A stretch of DNA of 62,450 nt, filler included, from Sphacelaria rigidula (lineage: Eukaryota), in assembly GCA_964200075.2 (NCBI GenBank). It is 8 parts of 8 records of this genome, joined end to end, with 100 filler letters (N's around TTAATTAATTAA, not from the genome) between each part and the next. Parts side by side here need not be neighbours in the genome. Positions count along the whole stretch, not along the records: positions 31,278 to 38,996 come from CAXNAA020013683.1; positions 39,097 to 46,814 come from CAXNAA020013684.1; positions 46,915 to 54,632 come from CAXNAA020013685.1; 5 more parts are not named here. The stretch is one strand, 5' to 3'. The notes below the pieces were generated by a model, which saw nothing but the letters and a program-made list of their open reading frames with translations, did no database searches and was not told the origin of the DNA. Shown here one piece after another: positions 38,006 to 50,285 of this stretch (position 1 is its first letter; every line of letters starts with the position of its first letter). Position numbers and translations under genes: made by a program.

Positions 38006-38722
38006 ATGGACATCAATAACGAAAACACGCCGCCCAGCTCTTCTGCGAGTGGACACCTGTGGTCCAAGACTTCTGCACCCACTGTTCATGTAGAGAGGAA
38101 GTCTCGAAAGTATCGTCTCTCGCTGAGGTTCACACCAGCAAAGGGCGAGAGGCCCGAGCGGAAGAAATCTCCGCGTTTCGAAACACGGCAGCAGGCGGAA
38201 GCAGCTGCCGAGGGGTGGAGGTTAAACTGGGAGGAAGGGAGGAGGGGTCAGCCCATTCATGGCAACTTGCGAGGAGCGATCAGGAGCCCAGGTCATGAAC
38301 AATCAGTTGTTCCCTTGGGTGAGTCCTACGAGGCTGTGGTTTGATACCGCTGCTGCTGCTGCTACGTTCTGTATTGCGTATATGACGGTAGAAACCACCC
38401 CTCGATGGCAGCAGTTATGATCGGATGAAATCTTCACGCCTGAGGTTATGTTCAACAGGGAATGTCGGTCATTATTAGTGAAACATTCCTTGTGTTACAC
38501 GCAGTGCGCAGCGGTGCTACTTCACCTCCGTTTGAACTTCCGTTCGAAACGGTGTCCGTCAGCAAGTACGGTGTAGATATCTTCACAACGAAGGCGTTGC
38601 CTGTACGGCATTTTCGGGACGTGTACTCGCACGCTTCGCCTGCGTTTTGCACTCCGCGAGTGCACAAGGATCGTACTTTCACGACTGTCACTGCTTGTGC
38701 TGCTGCGCAGCCCCGTATGTAG
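38006..38722 (+). pseudogene. Spliced gene fragment with an AP2/integrase-arm-like DNA-binding motif
   Basis: RKYRLSLRFTPAKGERPERKKSPRFETRQQAEAAAEGW. A phase-compatible intron 38319-38504 (g|gtgagt ... cgcag|tg) joins ORFs 37952 and 38462; stops follow downstream. Confidence 0.45.
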
Positions 38723-38996
38723 GGGTGAAACTGCTGCTGTTGTTGCTGCTTCTTCCCGCTGATGAAGTAGGACGCAAGAGATCACCCTTCCGACGATGAC
38801 ATGTGGGGTAGCCTCAAACAAATGTCGCAGGTAGTCTGCATATAATGTGGTTCGTTATTGGATGATCATTTGTCGCGCCGAAGGGCGGGGTTTGGAATGG
38901 ACGGAATGGCTGTTGCTCTCCTGTACCTTCAACTGACGGAACCGTAACCCACGACGACGACATCCAATTTGCTGTTACATTCCACAGGGGAATCTA

Positions 38997-39096
38997 NNNN
39001 NNNNNNNNNNNNNNNNNNNNNNNNNNNNNNNNNNNNNNNNTTAATTAATTAANNNNNNNNNNNNNNNNNNNNNNNNNNNNNNNNNNNNNNNNNNNN
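38997..39096. other. Artificial contig linker
   Basis: N44-TTAATTAATTAA-N44. Confidence 0.98.
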
Positions 39097-42000
39097 ATCC
39101 GGACGGATGCAAGTCCGGATGAATCTTTTGAGACCGGATGCGACCTCCTTGGCGTCCTCAGCGACGCAGGCTGGCAGCTCTCAGGAAGACGGAAGTATGA
39201 CCCCGTCCACCTCTTCTTGGAGGTATCCATAACCCTGTGCCCTGAGGTCCCTTTGATAGCAAAACCGTCCTTACCAACTACACGGGTCGCTCGATCGCGG
39301 ACGATAACGGATTTCACTGGGGTCGACAAAAAATGTATACGTACGCTCCTCCTCTGCGAAAGATCGTTGGTCTGCTCATTCCTCTTCTTGCGAAATATTC
39401 GCGCCGGCCGCTGGTATGAGTGCGAAAATTGCCGAGTGACCATCCTTTTTTTCGACACATTTTGTATTTGACATTGGCGAAAACGAACCCAAGCGTGGGA
39501 AAATTGTATTCCATTTTTCCAGAGAAAAATAATCCAATCCAAAATATAATCATCCAGCCCCAACCACTTCCAACCAAAAAATAAAAACCCATATGCCAAC
39601 AAATATCTTTGCCCACGTGCCATAAGCTGCACTCACACGCAGCGCTTTTACAAAGTCTGCATAGTGCCGCGTTCGGATGCCGGGTTGCACTCATGATGGT
39701 TTATTTGTTTATGCCCATCATCCTCGATCTCGGTTGCATATCGGGGGAAGGTTCGGGGCACCGATTCTGTCGTCCCGAAATTTCAGGAAACGTTCGGAAA
39801 GCAAAACGGTAGGGGAAGAATTGAGAGCGAAGATGTTCGCCGCGTACGGCACTACACCAAGGGCCGCCTGTGCACCGTATACGGTGATAGCCCTCCGGCG
39901 AACAATGTTCACAGCCAAATGTTTTTGGGCGACTCTGATGGAATGATAAAACCCTTGTTGGGCTGTAAATTTCCCGTCGCAGAGATAGCCCTTCGAGGGT
40001 ATCAGGATGATGATGACGCTTCTTTTGCGCTGATGACAGTCTCAATGTTCTTCAGTTACAGTTGATGATGGAGTTCCTCATGTGTGCTGTTACTCACTTG
40101 AGGATAGAGTGATGCTACGAGAAAGGGGAGGCGTGGGGGGGGAGGTGATGGAGCAGAAGCTGGACGGCGTGTCACGTGTTTTTTTGTGGTCGATCGGAAC
40201 TTGCTGCTTTCAAGGCCGAATGCAATCGGCGCTTTCGACCTTGGAAAATCACGAAGGACCGCGGACCCCAAAGTCGGACGAATCAAAATTCCTTCCCGCT
40301 GCTTTGTACCCGGAATTAGCACGTTTGTGGCGTGCCGGCGATGATAACCCGGATTTCGTGAGCCTGTTTGTTCATGCTTGCAGCGCTAACGTCGCCGACA
40401 ACAAGGTGCGCCTTCCACGATTTGAAGAGAGTCACGGCGCATATCCATCCAACACTCCATGTAACGGTTGGCTCCCATTCGCCATACTGTTCCGGAGTAT
40501 TGCCCCATGGGACATGGGTGGAACCTGACCCACACTCGTCCCATCCTTCGCCTGTACCTCTCATATTCATGGCGCGCTTTACGCTTCCCGTCAGATGCGC
40601 ACCGATGTCGGCGAGGTGGGTGGGGAAGTACGAGGCCGGCTGGGCTACGGATGACGCAGGATCAACAACCCGGTAGGTTTAGTAGTGGTACATGAAGTTG
40701 TCGGCGGCGATTCACGTCATGGGAAATTCTCTGCGAGTGCATTTGCGCTGCAATTGTGGGGGCGTCGGCGGTTGAGGCTTTCGTGGGCGTGCTTTGCAGT
40801 CGCAAAATTCGATTCCCGACGAAAACGATAGCTGGCTGTGGAGCGATGCCGCAGCGTTGTCGATGGTGCTTTCGGCCCTTGATGTTGGTCCGCTATTGGA
40901 TTCGAACACGGCGAGTTGTTGGAGGAACTTCGAGGGATGGCGTGGGAATAGGCCCCGAGTTCGTCCTGTGACTCGAGTATAAACACTTGCGATGGTCGGG
41001 CTTCTGTCTTGTTCGGATAAATGGAGGAGGGATGTTCACAATGTCAGACCTTTGCCGCCTGAAACGTGGTTCATAGTGGATTTTTGCCGCGGGGCAAAAG
41101 CGATGGCGTTCCCCCGGCGACCCCAGATTGGGATTCCGCGCGATGATCCGCGAATGCATGGAATCCCGCTGTTTGAGTACGGTGAAGGCTTCAGGGCGTG
41201 TTCGCTCCGCCTCATGCTCGTGGGTGACAGGACACGAAGTACTCTGCGGAAGAATGCACGCTCGGAACGCTTTCCCCCGGCAACACGGCAGGAGGAATAT
41301 GACCACTGGCATGCCCTCGCTCGTGGATTACATTCCTCTTGAGGTGTCTCGGTCACGGCATAGTTACACGCAGCAAATGCGTCAGCACATGTCATCTCTA
41401 GGTAATATTCCTGCTGCAGCGAACATTCGCCGGCGCGGCGCACGCGGAAATATCCCAACTAAATTCAGCGTGACCATGGAGGATAATTTTGTTTGAGGAT
41501 ATTCGATGCTATTTCGGATACATGTCCACTCCGTGGCGATGGCGATGGGCTACACGCTTACGGAAGAGCAACCGTTACCTCTTACGCGCCACTACAAAAA
41601 TTCACCTTCGGCCATCCTTCGCCACGCTTCCTTTGGGAAAAAGTTGATTAAAATGCAGGGTGAATAAAAAAACGTCTTCAAAATCGGCAAAAGCACAGCA
41701 TACCGTGTTCAGCCCGACATCCTGACGCGAACGACGGCACCAACACGTGTACACACACCCACGCTGGCGCGCTATATGATGTATATGTTTGCAATAGGCG
41801 TCGCCGTCGAAACCATGAAAACCCCTAGGCACCGGAAGACCATGTGCCGAGCTCTAACTCGCATCGCGCTCATAGCCACTTCGATACTTGTCGTTCCCAC
41901 CGATAGTGTGCTGTCGAAGAGGTACAGATATGCCACAGGTATGTTGCCCCACGTGCGATACGCGGCGTAATCGCATCTTATGTTCATTTGGATAGTTTGC

Positions 42001-42540
42001 TACGGTAATTTCCCACTCTTCAGAGAAAATTTGCTGATGGATTTCTCGCCCGAGACTGGGCGTTCCAACGTGACACTTTGCGCACTAGTCGGACACAACA
42101 AAGGCAGCATGTGCACCAAGGGGTGGCACATTTGGGCCCGGCTCAAATGAGAACATAGCAACTAGCGATTTCCGGGAATGCCGTCGATACGCCCTCAAAT
42201 CGGCTTTCCCGCAGCTCAGACTTCGTGCACTATTCAGGCGAATGCATACGTGTACGCGCTGGTGCACCAACTTCGAGATTTTGAGCAGCTGGGCGGCCCA
42301 TGTGGTAGCAAACAGACACCGAGCTGTACTGCGACCCTTTCTGGATAATGACAATATGCTGAAAAGTCATCGGCGTAGTCTCTAAAGGTGCGCAGTTCGG
42401 GAGGCACTGCCGTACGCGCGCTGTAGCCGCTGCAAGGCGCTGGAACGTCGGTCATATGTTATGCGAACCACAGTCGGCAATCCCACGTCACTATATCTGG
42501 TGCTGTGCGGTGCAGCAACGCGCACTAGGGTGAAAAGCGG
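39097..42540 (+). pseudogene. Long degenerate coding-like tract of unknown product
   Basis: Chain of protein-like plus-strand segments (40082-40528, 40794-41342, 41776-41970) broken by stops and frameshifts; no recognised domain. Confidence 0.35.
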
Positions 42541-42850
42541 TGAGGTTCTATTCCTTCGTTTCTTGTCTTGGCGAAGCACTAGGTAGGATTGCGAGTTATC
42601 TGGCGTCTACCTGGGGTCAAAATTCTGGCACTGGGCCCACAGATAGGAGCAAGACGTTTGAGTGAAAAAAAATCGACTAACCAAAGTCTTGAGATACACC
42701 AAAATGCGGCGACCTTTCTTCAATCAGGTAAGAAAAACGAGTGGAAAATGAGGCGAAAAATAGATTTGAGTGGCCCAAACATTGCACTGCTGCAAGACAG
42801 ACAGCTGCTACAATGAATCACCGAGGATACAGCCGCTCCGTGCTGGCTTA

Positions 42851-45800
42851 CCGTAAGTTGAATAAGATACCACACTCACATAAGACACGACACCCCTGTG
42901 AAGAATATAGACAATGCCACACCCGTGTGCTATTTTTTTGGGTGCCGAAATAAACGATATTTTATAACACGGTGACATAAGATACCACACCCCTAGGGTT
43001 TAGCCGCACATCATCCAGGGAGCCCCTGGTTTATCACACGGGTGTGATCGCGCCTGAGCAAGCACACAAACGAGCGAACACAACCTGCGGGCCACGACGG
43101 TGGAGACCGGCAGTATCATGGAGAGAGATGCAGCATCTAACCCTGCTGGAAGTACCGCGCCTCACACTGCGGTGGACCAGACTCCAGCAGCTACTTCACG
43201 CTCCATAGCGTCGTCTTTTCAACCCGCTGCGCAGGAAAGTGCGGCCCCTGCCGAGAGTGCTTCAACAACCGTGCATGACACCACATGCACTGGTGAGGCT
43301 TGCACAGCAGAATCCCCAGCAGACAATCCGGTAGTACCCGCTGCACCTGCCTCCGCACGGGCTGCAGAGGGTCGCACAGCAAAATCTACTGCTGCTGAGA
43401 CTCCGACAGCACCCGCTGCGCCTGCCACCGCACGTGCTGCTGAAGTCCCAACCCCACCGCCCACAACAGAGAAGCCGGCCACACCTCCCGCCACCGAATC
43501 TACAAACGCGTCCACAGTTGAGAACCACGCAGCAGCACTCCACTGCGCTGACCCATCATGCAGCAGGAAGGCCTTGTGGGCTGAGCCAGGAAAGGTGAAC
43601 CGGGGTTTTGCGGCATGCACGCAAACTCTGGTGACATCTACATTCAATCAAGGTGTGCGGAGTGTCTCTTCTCAGCAGCGTTTCGGTGTACTGTATGTCC
43701 ACCTGTGTGAATATGTGTTTTTGAATTCACACGGCCTTGGCTGATCGAAATCAATTTCATGTGCGATTTTCACATGCTGCTATCCGGCTCGCATTTTCGC
43801 TCTTGTGAACGGTATCAAAGCAACACATTCGGTTACAAGCCAAGACTACCGGTATATTAGCTTGTTCTGTGAGTAAGTGCGTTTTGTGATCTCTCTTTTT
43901 GACTCCACCAAAAATAGTAAGGAAACGTTGCAACCACTTGCGCCAGTACCACCTTCAGGCTTCGCCCCGCTTTGTGCCAGATAACCAGGAGGTGTCGTTA
44001 CCTCCCCTCATCAGTCTGCATACCTTATTTTCTGTTCATCGTTCTGTGAGCTTTTTGAGTCCTGTTCGATAATCAACAACTTTCAGCATCTCTTGTCTCA
44101 TCGTCGTTCAAGCTCGCACATCATTACACACACTGCGCTCCATCGCGTGTGCGTTATTTTTGTCATTACATCGAAATTCATCCCTTTTTCAGGAGACCAC
44201 GGCTGCCTCAAGCTTCGACCACAGCAACCCGAGCGGCGCCCGTCGGCGACACTATGTTCCCTGGAGAGTCTGAAGAGTGGACAGATGGTTTCGGTGGGTC
44301 TCTCGACGGCGTGCCGGCGGAGGACAAAGGCAAGAGGAAAAAAGAGCAGCTGGAGTTGGAGCCGCCGGACTTTTCGATTGAGTTTGGTGGTGGCCAGAAG
44401 CGCAAGCGGTACGCGTTGGCTTTCAAGTTAAACGCGATTAAGTACGCGGCCAATAAAAGCCCAGGGGCGCTCGGGCCGGATGGAACTATCGGCATATCGT
44501 ATGCTACGAGGGTGCTGGGGATTCCTGAGAAGATCACACTTTCCGCCTGGATAAAGGACCGCGAAAAGTACGAGAAGGAGCTGGAACGGGCGGACAAGCT
44601 CGGGGCCAAAGGCAAGAAAAAAGCCCGGAGTATTAAGTCGTTGAACACCGGCAGGGTCAGGTCAAACGCGGAAGCCGAGCTCGAACTGCTCGACTGGATC
44701 AACGATCTTCGCACCGATGAGATCTCTGCCCGTGTCTCGACGAGGATGATCAAAAACAAGGCTGTTTCAACCAACCCGCTTTTTCTCGGCCCGAGGCCTG
44801 CAGCGAATGACCTGGAAGCCAGCAAGAAATACCGCAACAGGCAGACTCACTGGTGTAGGAGGTTTTTGAAGAAGTACCACCTGTCGTTGCGGGTGGTCAC
44901 TCGACAAGGCCAGAAACTGCCTTCCGGGTGGCCTGCGATTGCCATGAAGTCGGTGAAAGATTGGAGGGCGCTTCGTCACGGAGGCATCGACGGGGGAGAG
45001 CGGCGTACGGAGGGGGCAGGGAACAGTGGGCCGTCGGAACCACCTCTGCTGTTCTCGGACGAACAGTGCTACAACATGGACGAAACCCCTGTGTGGATGG
45101 AGCCAGCTGTCAAGCCAACGGTGGCGGCAAGTACGGTGGCGCTGTGTCATAAACTTGTGCTCTTCTTTTCACTCTAGCCTCCTGTAACTTGTTCTTGCCT
45201 TCTATCGTTTCCCTTGTCACTGTATGCAGTGGGCACTGTGTCAACATCTTCCTGCCGTAGGACTCAGTGTCCAGGCAGTAGCTCTCGATGGCATAGGTTT
45301 TGTGCTGTGGCTGCGCGAGAAATCCCTTGACGGCCGCCTGCATCACGACTGTACTGCGACATCAACACGTTACCTTGCACATGAGGAGGTATCACCTCCG
45401 ATCAACGAATCCACTTTTGTCTTCACGTTTGCTTTCTATTTTCTTCCCGTTTCTTCTACTCGTTGCAGTACACCGGTGACAAGGAGGTCGGTATCAAAAC
45501 CGGTGGCAAGGAAGGGTTGCCCGTCACTGCCGTTATTGGAGCGAACATGAAGGGTGACAAGCTACCGGGGATGCTCGTCTTCAGGGGCAAGGCCACGGCG
45601 CCGGGGAAAGCTCCGGCTGCCAACAGCATCGAGCGAGAGTTCAAGGCGTGCAAGGACAAGAAGGGGAAGGCATACCCTCGGGGTCTTGTATACGCCGTGG
45701 ACGACAAGGCGTGGCACACACAGCGGGTGTTCAACGACGTTTGGTTGCCCCAAGTGTGGAACCGCCGCCCCGGGCGGGAGGGGGCCGTGGGCAACTAACG

Positions 45801-46315
45801 TCAGCCGGACACGCGGTTAGTGTGGGACGACTACACCGTGCACAAGACGGACCTGTGCAAGGCTGCGATGGAAAAGTCAAACACGACGCTGTTTCTCATC
45901 CGCGGAGGTCTGACGCCCAAGATCCAGCCTTGCGATGGACTCATCGAGAAGCTTTTCAAGTCCAACATGTCCAAGCAGTACGATGACTACATGGCCTCCA
46001 GCGACGCTGTGCGCAACGACCGCGGATACCTGGACCCCCACGCATGATCATGAGTACACCTCCTCCCCCCCCCCCCGTCAAGGGGGTTGCTCACGCAGTG
46101 GGTTAAAAAAAGCGTGGGATGAGGTGGACACTGAGAGCATCCGTTCGAGCTGTAAGAAGGCTGGTCTGCTTCTTCCCTTCGACGGATCCGAAGACGAGGC
46201 GTTGGCCAACAAGGAGCTCAACGCCGATGCTCAGGGAAGGCCGTTGACAAAAGACGGCGACGCAGCGGCTGCGGGGAGGAGGCTGGTTCAGCGGACGGGG
46301 ATGAGCCACCATTGA
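42851..46315 (+). mobile_element. pogo-superfamily DNA transposon (left end present, right TIR not found)
   Basis: Starts TA|ccgtaagttgaataagataccacac, with the ataagataccacac motif repeated at about 42863 and 42978; the transposase follows. Confidence 0.75.
43118..46315 (+). pseudogene. Three-exon pogo DD35D transposase with an N-terminal Ala/Pro/Thr-rich region and EsV-1-7-like motif
   Basis: Exon 1 43118-43652 (frameshift near 43599). Exon 2 44193 to about 45130 has an HTH ([10 protein letters not shown]..), a CENP-B-type HTH ([26 protein letters not shown]) and YNMDETP. Exon 3 from 45469 has GDKLPGMLVFRG, VWDDYTVH, QPCD and KKAWDEV..IRSSCKKAG. There are 35 residues between the second and third Asp, an in-frame stop at 45796 and a short insertion at about 46040-46075. 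Confidence 0.9.
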
Positions 46316-46814
46316 AGATGGCCGACTAGTTGAAGGTGTTGGAAATCGACGACGATGACAGCACGGGTAGGGGCGCGGACGACAGCAGTGACCTGGAGGT
46401 TGAAGTCGTGGCAGACTCGTCGAGGCAAGATGTTGTTTGCGTAGACTGAGTGTCTTTGTTCGGGTGCGTCCTTTCCACTGCATGTGATGTCAATCTGTGC
46501 ATCCTTTCGTCGAGTGAACCACGGCTACGACAGCTGCGATTTGAGCAACATAGAGCTCAACGGCGTTTTTTATCCTGTCTTCAGTTGTTTGGACGGTCCG
46601 GTATCTCATCTTTTTTTGTAGGAAGTTGCTAGCTTGGATTGAGCTGTAAGCTCGTCTGACAGGCTTCGGTCATCTTGTTGATTCGTTCATCATGCAATTC
46701 GACAAAGTGTTCTATTTTTTCATCGTGCGGATACGGTCGTGACACTTTCTACGATAGCCCCCCCCCCAAAAGTGCATGGTTTTGGGAGGCAAAATCTTCA
46801 CGTAAATCGAAATG

Positions 46815-46914
46815 NNNNNNNNNNNNNNNNNNNNNNNNNNNNNNNNNNNNNNNNNNNNTTAATTAATTAANNNNNNNNNNNNNNNNNNNNNNNNNNNNNN
46901 NNNNNNNNNNNNNN
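46815..46914. other. Artificial contig linker
   Basis: N44-TTAATTAATTAA-N44. Confidence 0.98.
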
Positions 46915-47051
46915 CTGCATCCTCCTAAGATTGCTCGGCCCGAAGCCTACTGATTGTCTTGCATTTGGATGACAGCCTACAATGAGTTGCTTTACTATCT
47001 GGTACCGTCACTTCAAGAGACAGCTACGACTGATACACTGTCTCATGGGTG

Positions 47052-47161
47052 CACGGGTGGCCACTGGGGTGCCTGTAACCTCAAATTTGGGCGTTACAAA
47101 CCTTGTGCGACGTCTGTAACGTCCAAATTTGAGGTTACAGGCACCCCAGTGGCCACCCGTG
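47052..47161. mobile_element. 110-bp hairpin MITE
   Basis: Near-perfect arms of about 47 bp (cacgggtggccactggggtgcctgtaacctcaaatttgg...), short loop, flanked by TG on both sides. Confidence 0.8.
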
Positions 47162-47559
47162 TGATATCAGGGGAAACGACGGTTTCTGTCGGCTCTGTAC
47201 GCGCACAGAGTCGGGAAAATGCGTTGAAGAAGGATCAACGCGATCGAGGGGTATTGGAGTGACAAAAACGTCATCGGGTACCATCGCTGAAGGTGTGGGG
47301 AAAGGACTGTTTCGGGCTTGAACCTCATTTCATCGTACAACCTAATTTTTTGCAGTTTCTCTCGAATTTTGTTACATTATGTACTCCCGCCCCTCCCCCC
47401 CACGACGTGGGGGGGGGTATGGGGGGGTAGGGAAAACCTCATGAAACACCCGTTCGAAAACAGTGTGACTCCTCACGTATCCGACCGTTGGCTCCCACCT
47501 GGAGATTGCACTGAGCGTAATCGCACCAGCCTCCACACGAACCAAGCCGACGTGCGGAT

Positions 47560-47560
<1 letters not shown>

Positions 47561-47615
<55 letters not shown>
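47561..47615 (+). repeat. Poly-C tract (55 nt)
   Basis: Read directly from the sequence; lies downstream of the DIRS/Ngaro recombinase. Confidence 0.95.
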
Positions 47616-47616
<1 letters not shown>

Positions 47617-47944
47617 CCCTGGCCCCCCGTCCCCTCGTTAGGCCAACACCACCCCCCCCCCCTACGTTTCCACGCCCGGCAATGCAGTCCGCCCGTAGGG
47701 TCGTGTCCCCTCTGTGCATATGTAACCAACTACTCCACCTCGGCTCTTATCTCTTTCATGTAACGTGATCACACCACTCCTTCCTGATCCAGCTTGTCCA
47801 TCACCGTGTACTAGTTTCATTATTCATCACCACGTCTGACGTCCCCATCCAAATTGCTTATCCATCTGCAAACACACACTCATGTCGGCCACCTGAGTCG
47901 CCCTCCGCCGAGTTCTGTCACTACTCACCCCTCCACTCGGTGCC

Positions 47945-48510
47945 CTACCCGGGCTGCAGATCCCCGCGTCTACGCTTGTCGGCCAGGGCTTCTGACACTA
48001 AGCCGCAACTGGCGTCATTAGCCCGGACGTATGACTTGTATGCGTCCGATTTCCATCTACCCTCCTGTTGCAACACCTCTGGAGACACTCCCGCTGCCGA
48101 CAAGTGGGTGGCGCCACCAATCCGCAAAGTGTGCAACGCAAACTCTGCGGGCGGGAGCCCAGCCAACGCCACCACTTGCCGTAGCGCTGCCGCAGCATCA
48201 TACCGATTCCACACCAGTAATTCCCCGGAATCCCGCGTATCATACGTCATCAGCGGGGCCTCAGCGGGGTACGAAACCGAAAGGGACATTAGTTCAATCA
48301 CTAGCGCGACTGCTCCACCCCCGGCTCGAAATTTCAAGGCAGGACCCTCGCGAACGCGAGTTACTACCATTCCGACTCGTAACTGACCCCCTTTGGAAGC
48401 TCGAAATCGCACGTCCACCCTGTCTGCTATACCCCACTCAGGTCGACGCAACTGCGTCCGTCTTTTATAAAAGGTCACATCCCTCCTACGCAAACAGTAG
48501 AGTGGGTACT
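47945..48510 (-). mobile_element. DIRS/Ngaro-type retrotransposon tyrosine recombinase, C-terminal catalytic part
   Basis: YCLRRRDVTFY, VRFRASKGGQ (Lys), FALHTLRIGGATHL (HxxR) and EGRWKSDAYKSYVR (Trp, Tyr) are typical DIRS/Ngaro recombinase motifs. Confidence 0.9.
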
Positions 48511-49089
48511 GCTCATTGCTATTAAAAAAGAGGATAAAATACAAAACGCTGCTCGCTCCTGTAGTGCAGGACCAAACGGTCTCCTACTCTCTTCTTCGTA
48601 CAATATTAATGCTTTTCTCTTGCTTCGTTCGCTCACTGCCGTAGGCTCGATCGTCTGGGCCCCTTGCTGGAGTTCTTCACTTGAAGACTTCACTCCGTCT
48701 CTGTCGTCTTATCACTCTCCCGAAGCGTTTGCCGCCGTCGAACACTTGTCCTTTCTGCTCAGCTCCGTCAAAATCCTCTCAGAATGCGAAACCCGTGGGG
48801 AACAAGTTCAGAGCATCACTGCGCGACAGAGGGACATGGCGTGCTCGGGCGGGATGGCATACCTGATGCCTTGGCTGGGTGGTGCAGATGCCAAAGAGTG
48901 TGCAACCCGTCCACTCGTGAAAGGGTAAGGCTTTCCAGGACTCCACTTCCCGGTAGCCCCTCCGATATTGCTCCATCCTGAACCTTTCCTCGCTTTCCCC
49001 ACCCTCATTTTTCCCCCTGGGTGTAGACTCACGACGGTCTATCAGGGTGAGGAGGTGAGGTTTTGGTTAAAGGTTGGCGTCGCCTCGAA

Positions 49090-50110
49090 GTCTGGTGTTC
49101 AGGCAAACTAGGCGAACCTATCAGCGATTGAACATCTCAGGTGAGGCGGGTAGCGAGATGCGGTTCAACATCTGGCCAACTCTCTTACGCGTACGCATTT
49201 TGTTTCCTTTCATGACCACGTCCAGACTGCGTACCGTGATGGATCCTTCTTAAATTTCAGGTACCGTGTACTAGTGCTGCAGTTCCCTGCCGTTGCCGTC
49301 CCGACATTGAGATCTCACGCATCGGATCCATCACCAGTCTTACCTCGCATAGGAGCTGTTTGCGCTATTCTACGAAAGCGCCGAGTCCTATACTCGGTGC
49401 TGCTTCTCGTGAAACAGGTGCAAGTCAGCTTAGAGATGTGCGTGGTTTTGCGTCGACACGGCAACTCGGAGAACGACATGTCAGAGGAAAGCAGCGTGTC
49501 AAGCAATGTGCGCTTGATACAAAGAGTTAATGAGACATGCTTACCGTGCTTATCTCACCTGACGTCATGAATGGCAACATGTCCAGTAGCCATCCTCCCG
49601 GTCTTTCGACTGCGTCCTGACCGCGTGGGAGATCTGACGCTTCGGAAAGCGATGCCCTCTTTCAGTCACGTGCACAAATGGGTGACAACCTCCACGCTAA
49701 ACCCTTCGTCTCTGTTCAGCGAATCTTTCGAGGGACACCGGAAGTTAGCCACATTCCGCAGGGGCACGGGCTCCCCCGCTGGCTTGTTTTGATGGCTGTG
49801 GAAATCCATATGGGAATCGGGAAGCGAGATCAACTGCCCGGCAGATGTATTTGTGTGAATGCAACGTTACCTCAATCGTTGGCAAGTTGATCACCTCGTC
49901 CCACGGGTCTACCGCACGCCCCTACCTCATGGCCGTTTGACGACTCCTTGATCTCTTGGGCCTCCTGCAACTGCATGACGGTACATCTTGCCTGATATCT
50001 TTTGTCCCTTGTTGACAAAAGGAAGCGGTCACGTATCGTGAATAGTATGTTGCCTACTGCAAAATATTCATGAAATATGTGAACAAGTGCCAATTGGTCG
50101 GCTATCATTA
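49090..50110 (-). pseudogene. Ty3/Gypsy integrase remnant
   Basis: Frameshifted pieces LALVHIFH..IRDRF, DIRQDVPSCSCRRPKRSRSRQ (zinc-binding region), AVDLASRFPYGFP, EVVTHLC and DLPRGQDAVERPGGWL (integrase core). Confidence 0.75.
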
Positions 50111-50285
50111 TTTGCGGAACCGCCGACAGCTTCTTATCATCGACTCCCAGGTATCGCTTCTATTTTGTACTCAGATTGCCTCTCACTTACCGTTTCGGCA
50201 GTCGTTTTCCCCTCAGTTCAGATCGCACCTGTTCCCGCAAAGGGTCTCTTTGCTGGCGCTCAGATTGGATGCGTTAGTGTGTGTT

